Source: Lophium mytilinum
Lineage: Eukaryota
Assembly: GCA_010093605.1 (NCBI GenBank)
Contig: MU004188.1
Location: forward strand, 1,677,673 to 1,721,038
Length of the DNA stretch: 43,366 bases
Direction: 5' to 3'
The notes below the pieces were generated by a model that saw only the letters and a list, made by a program, of their open reading frames with translations, did no database searches and was not told the origin of the DNA. Below are positions 33,376 through 43,366 of the stretch, one piece after another. The stretch's first letter is position 1, and the number at the start of each line of letters is the position of its first letter. Made by a program: the position numbers and the translations under genes.

Positions 33376-36300
33376 TTATTAGGAATTTCTAAATTAAGAA
33401 ACGCGCAGAGAATACTAGTTACTTACGTAACCTTCTAGAAGACTATATATTTTACTACTCTATAGGCTTTACGCTACTCTATAAAAGTTTATCTACTTCT
33501 TATATAAAATTTATATATAGGCTATATAGATAATTCTTAATTATAGATAATTTAGTATTATAGATAATTATTATAGTTAATAACTACTTTATAGTTCTTA
33601 TAAATATAGCTATCTACCTTCTCTATCTAACCTTCTAAAACCGCCTAATCTACCTAGATTATAGATAGATAGATAATAATATAGATAGGGCCTTATATAC
33701 TAAATATATAATTATTATATATAGTAGAAAATTTAAAGTTACACTAGTATATCTAGTTATCTCTTCTTACTACCTCTACTAGAACTTTATAGTCTATAGT
33801 AACTTTATATATATTATAGACTTTATATATTATATAGATAGTAATGCCTATATATATTTCTAAGAATTATATAACTATTACTAACCTTAATAATTTTAAT
33901 ATTCTAGTAGACTATTAGAGCTAGCAACGCGTGCGCTAGATATCTAGGCTAGAGAATAGCACGCGATATATATATTACGTGTTAGATAGTAGACTATATA
34001 GTAATTTAGAATATATTTAATTGCGGTATATATATTATAAAATAGAAAGATAATACTAAGTATAAAATAGAGCCTACTTATATTCTATTTACTAATTCTA
34101 TACTACTATTTCTTATCTCTAATACTCTTAAGTAACTTAATAACTAGCCGCAGGCTTTCTTCTCTAGAATTCTATACCTTAATATAGGTAGCTATAAACT
34201 TTTAATATTAGTCCTTATTAAATATAATTATAGTATTATTTTTATACTAGCTGTATTTATCTTTCTTTATATAAAACTACTATCTAAATTATATAAATAA
34301 GAGATTAAGAGGGCACTACTTCTAGTAGTTCTTTATTTTAATACTCTTCTTAGCCTTTCTATAAATTAGAGCTAAGTAGTATAAGTTATTATTAGTAAGG
34401 GGCTCTATATTATTAATCTTATTATTCTATAGTTAATATAATTAGTATATTATACTTTAGCTCTCTACCTTATATAATTACCTATACTATCTATAATATC
34501 TAATAAAGTATTTCTAAGAGGGGGGCTAAATAGAATTAAACGCGGTAAGAATAAGTATCTAGAGTTAAATAGTTATACTTTACTTTTAATATACTTTATT
34601 AGCGTATATATCTTCTTATATTAGTTAATAAGGTTCTACTACTAATTCTACTTCTTTACTTCTATTCTTACTACTCTTATAGTAAAGGCCTATTATTATT
34701 CTAGTATTATATCTTTAGTTAAATCTAATATATTATAGCAGTTAGGGTTATTATATATATTCTTATTATTATCTTCTTTATAGTTTATATACTAACCTAC
34801 CCGTTTTATAATAAATTCTTACTAGTAGAATAATAGTTAGTACTTATAGCGTAAGCTAAGTACCTACTATTAGGTAAGATATTTATTATAATTTACTACT
34901 CTAGCTTATAGTTAGTATAGTCTTATATAAGGGGGGCGGTAGTTAATACTAGTAGTAGTAACTCTATAAATTAGGTTTATATACTTCTAGCCTAAGGTAT
35001 ATTTACTAATAGTATAGTAGAGGTAAGTATATATATATATAATAGTATTACCTAAAAGAGGGTTAAAAAACTCTTTTAAGTATCTTTATATCTCTAAGGT
35101 ATTTATAGACTATTCTATAAAGAGTAGGTCTATAACTACTATCTAGATAGCCTTAGCTATAAAAATTACTAGTAGCCCCTATAATCTATTAGAATACTAT
35201 CTAATACTAGGTTAGTAACTAATCTTAGCTTAGTCTTTATCTACTCTAAAGAGATAGTTCTAATTCTTTATTAGCGTTAACGCAGTGCTAGTAATATCTA
35301 GAGTTATAGAACTAAGACTATAGTATTCTTATATAATATTATAAGTAACCTTTATTATAGTATTATAGAAATAACTAAAAGTATTATAAATCTAGATTAT
35401 ATATTATAATTAGCTATTATATAAGGTTATAGAAGTAGGGAGAGAGTAATATACCTTCTATATATAAAAAGGGTCTAGAGTAGTAGAAATATTAGCTTAA
35501 GTATAGAATAGTTAGTCTTTATAGACATCTACCTATATTTATATTAGTACTTACTAAAATATATCTAGCCTAATACTTTTAGTCTAGGCTATAAGATTAT
35601 TACTATATTTTCTAATTATATTAGTATCTAATACTATACTTTTAAGTATCTAGTATTTTATTTATTCTTCTACTACTATATATTTTACCTCTATAATTAG
35701 TACTTTAGTATACCTATCTATACTATTCTATATCTATATTATTTTACTATATTATTTTATACTAAGGGAGCTAATATAGTTATAAATAGGTATGCCTCTA
35801 CCTATATCTAAGAAGTAGCTAGTAGAAGAGGAGGATAGTAAACCGCTTAATATAAAGGTATTAAATCTAGTTATTTAGTTAATAGCTCTATAGGCTTCTA
35901 TTCTAGCTACTATTTTATCTTAGACTATAGCGGTACTCTAATAGATATTTATTAGTATATACTACTTAGTAGAGTAGCTATAATATATATATAAGCTAAT
36001 CTTACGCTTAAAGTCTATTTATACGCGGAAGTTAGTATTACTAGATTAGAAGATAGATATATGCCTATTCTTATCCTCTATACCGCGTTTTCTCTTTCTA
36101 GTAAGAGATAAGGTGCGGCTAAATAGCTAAGATAATATAGCATTACTGTCTTAGAATATTCTAGTAGTATATTCTTTTTTACTTATTAAGTTCTATATAT
36201 TTATTATTAGTTAGCAGGCGTTAAAGTTAAGAGAGCTAGGCGCGTTACTATATTAATTAGTTTTAAGGCAGTGCATTTTTACTTCTTTACTATCTATAGT

Positions 36301-38166
36301 TATATATATTAGCTATATATATATTAATATATACTATAGATAGGGTATATAGTATAGTATATTTAAGTTATATAGTAAGTTTCTATTTAGAGTAGAGAGA
36401 AATAGTTCTATATTACTTTTTACTATATTTAAGTAGATAATATTAAGCCTTACTAAATAATAGATAGAGGGCGTATAGTAAAAGAATATTCTATTTTTTA
36501 AGGTAGAGTGTAAGAATAATAACTATAAAGAAAAGTAAAGTAGATTATAATTAAGTAGTATAGAGAGAAGAAAATAAAAGAGAAGTAAGTTACGCGTTTA
36601 TTATAATAGAATATAATAGAGCTAGCCGGATATAGTCTATATATATTAACTTAGTATTTTTAGCTAGTTATATACCTCTTTTCTATCCCCCCCTTAATAA
36701 AGCCCTATTATTTTATATAATTAAATACTTCTATCTATATAATTACCTCTTCTATTATATTACTTTAGACTAGAGCTTATACTTATATACTTATATTAAC
36801 TTCTACTAATTACTATATACGCACTACTACCTCCCGCTATTATTTCTAGATAGTATCTCCTATACTATTAGAATAGTAGTTAGTTAAGAGATTATAGACT
36901 TTATATTCTATATTATTAGATAGATAGCTAGCTAAGTTAGAGACCCTAATAGAGGTATTAATATTATAACGCGTAGCTATCCCCTTATTACTAACTTTAT
37001 TTCTAGTTAGGCAACCTACTTAGATATAAATAACCCGCTAGCTATTTTCTTTAGCTATAGTATATATTTCTCTTTTATATTATCTATAATAAACGCCTCT
37101 ACCTTTACTAACTAAATTATGCAACCTTAAGCTATTATATTTTTCTCTCTCTTAGCCTAAAATACTCTCTTTACTACTATTTAGGCCTTCTTTCTATAAT
37201 TCTAGCCCTCTATTAGTTACTATACTATAAGTAGTTATATACTATATTATAGAGTACTCCTCTATAGTAGAGAGGTTTCTAGATAGAAAAATAGAAGGGT
37301 AGTCTACTAGTAGTAAATTCCCCCTCTATAGAATCTATATATCTAGTTAGAATATTTAGCTATATAGCTATACTTCTAGTTTTAATAATAGCTATAGTTT
37401 AGATAACTCTATACTACCTATATATAGGGATATTAAGCTATCTATATTCTAGTCTAGTAAGATAGTATAAGGTTATAATAAGGCCCCGCCTTAGAGTAGT
37501 ATAGTTCTAGTCTAGTTCTCTTAGTAAAGCGGGCTATAGAATAGTCTAATTATAAATTAGATTAGCTAAGTATATAGACTTTTATACTATTTAAGTTTTC
37601 TACCTTTTATAATTTTATACTTTTATTTTTTATATAACTCTTATATTCTTTTTAACTTTTTCTATAGCTCTAATCTCTTACTTATTTATTTTATTATATA
37701 GGTATTTATAACTAGTAGAGGCTAATATAGGTATAGATAGAAGAATAGTATAGTACTAGCTAGAGTAGATAAATATAGGGGTATTATCTATCTATATTAG
37801 CTATATTAATTAAAATTATTATATATATTTAATATACTATTTAGCTAAGGCTTAATAATTAGAGTAATATAGTCTAGTTCTCTTAATAAACTCTAATATA
37901 CTATTACTATATATTTTTATTATTAAATTCTATTACACTAGTATAGCTCCCGTTAGAGTCTATATAGCTGTTCTATCTAGGCTAATTTATAAGGGGAAAC
38001 TATTTACTACCGGGCAGCGTTTAGATAAAAACCTTATCCTCTATTATATCTAGTGTTAGGCGCCCTTCTTCTTTATATTTTACTGTAGGGGATATATAGT
38101 AGGTCTATAAGAACTACTATAGAATAAGCTATTAAGATGCGTCTTTCTATATCTATCTAGAAAGGT
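33376..38166. repeat. Heavily RIP-degraded repeat-derived sequence, family unresolved
   Basis: Near absence of CpA/TpG; no convincing RT, integrase or transposase motif recovered by eye. Confidence 0.6.
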
Positions 38167-41100
38167 TTATTATTATTCTTCTAGGTTTAGGCTAAGTAGA
38201 ATCTAGATGCGAGGCTGGTATAGAATTAGCGTAAGGGCCCGCGTATAAGTAGTGCGCTTGCGGGGCCTTTATCTAAGGTAATAAGGTAAAATAAATAGTA
38301 GCTATATAGGCTATTAGAGATAGAAAGGCTGCGTAGTATATAGATAGTATATAGTAGAGGTATATAGAAAGTATATAGTTTATAGGTAGGCTATAAGAGT
38401 AGAAGGGCTATAAGTAGCTATATAGAGTTTATAGCTATAGTAGTATATATAAGCCTCTATAGTATAGCTAATAGCTATAGAAGGGCTAAGAGTATAGAGT
38501 ATATAGTTTATAGTCTATAATTAGAAAGTATATAGCCGCTTATAGTAAGTATAAGCCCTTATAGTATAACTAACTAATAGTAGAAGAAAGAGAGCTGCGT
38601 GTATATACTATTATAAAGTAGGTAGGCTATTTAGAAATAGAAGGGCTATAAGAAACGGGAAGTATATAGAAAGTATATATTATAGGGTATATAGTAGAGA
38701 CCTAAAGCTAACTATTTATACTAAGTACTAGTTAAGAGGGGGCGCTAAGGCCCGCTATAGTATAGTTAGGGGTAATAGTAAGGCTATAGGTAATATAAGG
38801 CTGTAGATAATAGTAAGGCTATAGGTAATAGTAAGGCTGTAGGTAATAGTAAGGCTATTAGTAATAGTAAGGCTATTAGTTATAGTAAGGCTATTAGTTA
38901 TAGTAAGGCTGTAGGTAATAGCAGGGCTATAGTATTAAGCGGGAGGGCTAGATCTACTTTCTTTCTATCTCTCTCGCTATTAAGAGGTAGGGTAGCAGGT
39001 CTATTTTCTATAGAAACTACCTAGCTACTACCTTAGGTCCCTTTTTACTTTTATATATTTTCTTATATATCTAAGTCTTTACTTTCTTAAATAGTTCGCC
39101 TCTACCCTTTATATACCTCTTACAGTTTATTACTATATAGCGTGGTAATTAGAGGCTATGCCCGCAGGGGCAGGCTAGTATTAGGTAGCCTAGCACCTAT
39201 ATATAGTGCAGGTATCTATTAAGCTCTATATACTCTATTTATAGGTTTATAAGAATAGTACTTTTAACCTTTATAAGCCCTTTATATATAGTCTCCTATT
39301 ATTTACTCTATTTAGTATTAAGGGCCGGCGTTAGTAGCCTGCGCTATTCTATTTTATAAAAGGACTTTTATACCTTCTTCTACCTTTCTTTATATTTATA
39401 TTTAATTGTAAATTGCCTTAAGCGCTTATAGGCTTTATTTAATTTATCTTTATACCTAGTGTATAACCTTATAGCCTTTACTATAAGGTTGCGGAGTATA
39501 TTATAGTGGCTAGGGCTATACTTTAGCCTTATAAGTAGTCTATAGTAGGTGTAGATTTCCTATTATATATTACTGCATGCTATTTTAATATACTAGCGTG
39601 CTGGCCCTTTACGCGTATAGTCCACGTAAGCTACTATAAGTTCCTCTAGTTTTAGCTAGAGTAGTAGGTATAATATTTTATATTCTAGTACTATAGTACT
39701 TATAGTCTTATAGGCCCCTAAGATTCTCTAGAGGTATTAGTTCTAGGTTATTTTAAGCTACTTAATCTTTATCTTGCTAAGCTACTCTAGTATGCCTAGT
39801 ATAGTATACTAGGTAGTGCATCTATATATAATAGCAGGCTAGACCACTACTAAGTATATTAGGCGTGCTTTTCTAAAGCTAGCGCCCTAGATAGATACTA
39901 TAAGCCGCGTAAGTACCCCTATCTAGGTTATAGCTTTATTCTTTATAATGCTAATATGCGGGCCCTATTTAAGCTTTAAGTCTATCTATACTTCTAGTAC
40001 TTTTAGGTTTATTATAGGGCCCTCTATAAAGCCTTATATATTAACTATAGCTTTTAGATTAACTTCTTTACGGGCTCTTATAAAGTGTATTAGGTGATAT
40101 TTATCTAGTATAAATACTATGCTATACTTTCTTACCTATTCTATGCATCTATTATAGGCTCTCTTAATAGCCCTATAGTTTACCTCTATAGTTCTACTAT
40201 ATATAAGAATGTTTATATTATCTATAAACCCGTAGGCTATTATATTACTATTCTAAAGGGTTAGCAGTAGTATACTAGTAAAGAAAAGGAAGAGAATAGG
40301 TAATAGAAAGGAGCCCTATAGAATACCTATAGTAACTATAATTAGTTCTACTATATAGCTTTCTATAGAGAGCCTAGTTATATAGTCTTATAGAAAGAAC
40401 CTAGTAAACCTTATTATCTACTCTAGTATACTCTAGACCCGTAGGTTATATATTATTTATTTATATAAGACTTAATTAAACGCTTTTAATATATCTAGGC
40501 TAAGAAGTAATACTATAAGCTATAGGTTTTCTTTCTATATAGTATAGATTTATTCTATAAAAAGTTTAAGTGCTATCTATATAGAGCGTTCCGGCCGTGC
40601 CCCTATTTAGCTAAGTAGTAGTATGCCCTTTTCCTCTACTATCTTAGAGAGCCTCTTAGCTATAATATATTTAAATAGCTTACCTATTATTTCTAGTAGC
40701 GTAATAGGCCTATAGGCTTTTACTATTATATAGAATACTTTCTAGGGTTTATATAGAACTACTATAATTAATTCTTTAAATAGGCGGGGGTAGTATCCTC
40801 TATATAGGCACTTTATAAAGAAGCGGGCAAGCACTAGTACTAGTTATATCTTACACTTTTTTAGGAATCTATTTATAATTCCTATAATTCTAGAGGCCTT
40901 ATCTAGCGCAATTTCTATTAGTACTAAGAGTATATCTTCTATAGTAACTTCTATAGAGGTAGTATATAGTNNNNNNNNNNTCTAGATTAAATAGGTTAGC
41001 TTCTACTAGTAGTAGAAAGAACTATTTAGTAAGTATATATACTTTTATCTTATTATCTATATATAGAGTAAGGTTACCTAGCTAGAAGAGGGGGGGAAAT

Positions 41101-43366
41101 TAAGGAGGGGGCCTTAATTTCTTTCTAACTATATAGCTCTATTTAGCTAGTTTCTATACCCCTTTAGGGTTATTTATTACCTTCTCTACTATATAGTACT
41201 ATATCTTAGTACTCTCTTTCTATATAGCTCTTTTCTTATAGTTATACTAGACCTAGTATAATATCTAGTTCTCTATAGAGTATAATAAGCGCTATATTCT
41301 ATATACCCGCCTAGTCTTATATACCTTCTCTAAGTACTTCTTAGTCTAGAATAGTAATGCGTGCTATAAGGGCCGTGCTATTAGTACTATAGTGTTAATA
41401 GTAATTTTAATAAGTTAGTAGAGAATGCGTATAAAGTTATCTAGGTCTTCTTCTTCTTTATTATCTAGGGGGTTATTCTAGTTTTCTAGCTTAACTAGCT
41501 AGGCTATAAGGTACTTCTATATATTCTTCTATATAATATTCTTCTATAGCTAGCGTAGGGGCTATTTAGTTACTAGTAGTAGTATAATATTAAATTCCGT
41601 ATATATAGGGCGGTAGTCTAAGTAATAGTTCTACTCCTCTTAAACTATATAGAATATTATATATTCTATTAGCTATTTAGATATAAATATAAGGTTAATT
41701 ATAGTCTACTATATTTCTCTTATCTATATTTCTATACCCTTCTCTATAGCTAGGGTTAGGCCTGCTTCTATTATAATGTAAATAAGCTTCTTAGCTTACT
41801 CTTCTACACTAATTACCCGTATTTCTCTCTAGAATAGGTAGTATAGATTTATATTACCTATAAGTATATACTCTACCTTCTTATATAGTATAGGGGGTAG
41901 CGTGGCTATAATTCTATATAGCTTTAAGTTATAGATATTATAAATTTAAATATTCTCTTCCCTAGCCTAGAGAGAGAGGGTAATAAGGTCTAGTAAGTAG
42001 TACTCTATAGTCTATTAGCCTAGGTTTAGGCACTTATTAATATATATATATGTTCTAGCTTTTAGGCTTTCTCTATATAGTAGGTAGTATAATTTTATAT
42101 ATAGTAAGATATATTTCTAGGTATTCTTCTATAGTTCTTATATAGCTAGCACTAATAGCTAGGGCTAGGCCGCCTCTACCTTCTTAAGGAACTCTCTTTA
42201 GGTCTCTTAGCTCTTATTAATATTATACTATATAATAGTAAGTATATTAGGTTACTCTAATATTAGGTATCTATAGAGTCTTTAGAGTTATTTATTACAG
42301 CCCGGCTAGCCTTAGTATAGAGCTAATAGCTTACTACCTCTTCTTTCTAGGTGGGCGGCACCTAAGTTATATTAAATTATAATAGTCTAGCGTTATTACT
42401 ATAGGTTGTTGTTTAAGAGTAGTGTAGTATTTTATAGGTAGGCTGCGGGGTTCTATAGAAAGGCTATAGGCTATTATAGTAAGGCTATAGGTTATTATAG
42501 TTAGGCTGCTACGTTAAATAGAAAGTATATATTAATTAGGTAGTCTGCGTAGCATAGGTAGACTATAGTACTCTATTTATCTTTAGTTATTTTAGATTCT
42601 TATACGCGGTAAATGTAGTAGATATAGGGGGGCGTTCTACTCTTCTTAAGGTACTACCGTCTAGTGCGTTACTATTCTTAGTAGCCTTTCTCTTCCTACT
42701 TACTATATTAAGAGCTTATAATTCTATTATAGATTAGAATATTACTATGCCCGGCGTGTTATTAGTATTATTATTAGGGCTATTATTAGCCCTATAGTAG
42801 GTTAATACTACCTACCTCTTTATATTAGCTTTTAGTTAAGTATTCTTTCTTATAGTATATACTACACTATATAATAGGTAGCTTCTCTTATAGTTAGTAT
42901 ACTTTCTAATACTTTCCTCCATGCATTATCTTATATTGTAAGCTCCTGCGTACGCTGCGTATACCGCCTCCTTCTTATAGTATCTAGCGATGTACCTATA
43001 GCCCTGGCATTAGAAGTATTAGATAGCTATAAAGCCTACCTTATACTTTACAGTCTCTAGTATATATCTATTCTATGCTAGCCCGCTATCTATAATCTTA
43101 TTTACTATTGCCTCCGTGCCTATAGTAACTATAGCTAATAAGGCGCGCCGTTTAGAGTTATTTCTAATAGCCTAGATCTAATTTAGGTGCTTCTATATAA
43201 TTTTATATATAGCTAGGCCTAGGTATAGTGCCTTATTATTTTATATAATACTGCTTTATAGTATTAGGTTCTCTAGGTCTATCTCTTTAGGTACTCCGTG
43301 CACCTCTAGAAGGACCTTAGGTAGTTAGATTTATACTATTTTACCTAGAACCTTTATCTATTCCTT
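38167..43366 (-). mobile_element. Tad1-like LINE, RIP-inactivated, 5' end outside the window
   Basis: De-RIPed minus-strand motifs: ORF1 zinc knuckles CFQCQGYGHIARHC (~43010) and CAACAGAH...C (~42940); APE AIQEPW (~42140) and GDxNLHHP.W (~41850); RT KAYRPITLL (~40720), GIPQGS.LSPILF (~40310), GFVDD (~40225); C-terminal CPCG..H...C (~39150); (AAT)n tail near 38167-38177. Confidence 0.88.
38771..38931. repeat. 18-bp tandem repeat, about 9 copies (GGTAATAGTAAGGCTRTA)
   Basis: Array read directly near the 3' end of LINE ORF2. Confidence 0.85.

Noticed and set aside
35160..35200. Possible retropepsin motif LIDxGATxNF on the minus strand
   Set aside because: It needs a frameshift plus RIP reversal, and no RT or integrase motifs follow in the expected order.
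38771..38931. CRISPR-like array
   Set aside because: Head-to-tail units with no unique spacers, in a eukaryotic LINE.

Overview
Genomic DNA from a filamentous ascomycete (spliceosomal introns, RIP-mutated repeats), alternating between GC-balanced gene blocks and AT-rich RIP blocks. (1) 0.6-11.8 kb: F-box protein, RAD10/ERCC1, MED19/ROX3, HAD hydrolase, the cross-pathway regulator cpc-1/GCN4 and a Zn2Cys6 factor. The cpc-1 leader has two uORFs and a stop-free in-frame extension with near-cognate start codons. A ~70-bp inverted repeat pair brackets the first four genes. (2) 12.5-20.9 kb: RIP island with a full-length Ty1/copia element (252-bp LTRs, ATTAT TSD) and several solo or nested LTRs. 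(3) 21-32.5 kb: accessory-looking island with a small 3-exon gene missed by the ORF track, an SRPK-like kinase, a 5'-truncated tyrosinase pseudogene, a 10-exon PTH11-like membrane protein, a MULE-type MITE, a secreted Cys-rich protein with a possible aerolysin-like beta-hairpin and an alpha/beta hydrolase. (4) 33-43.4 kb: second RIP island with an unresolved repeat and a Tad1-like LINE. Exon models were built by hand from splice signals and reading-frame continuity; no database searches were run.
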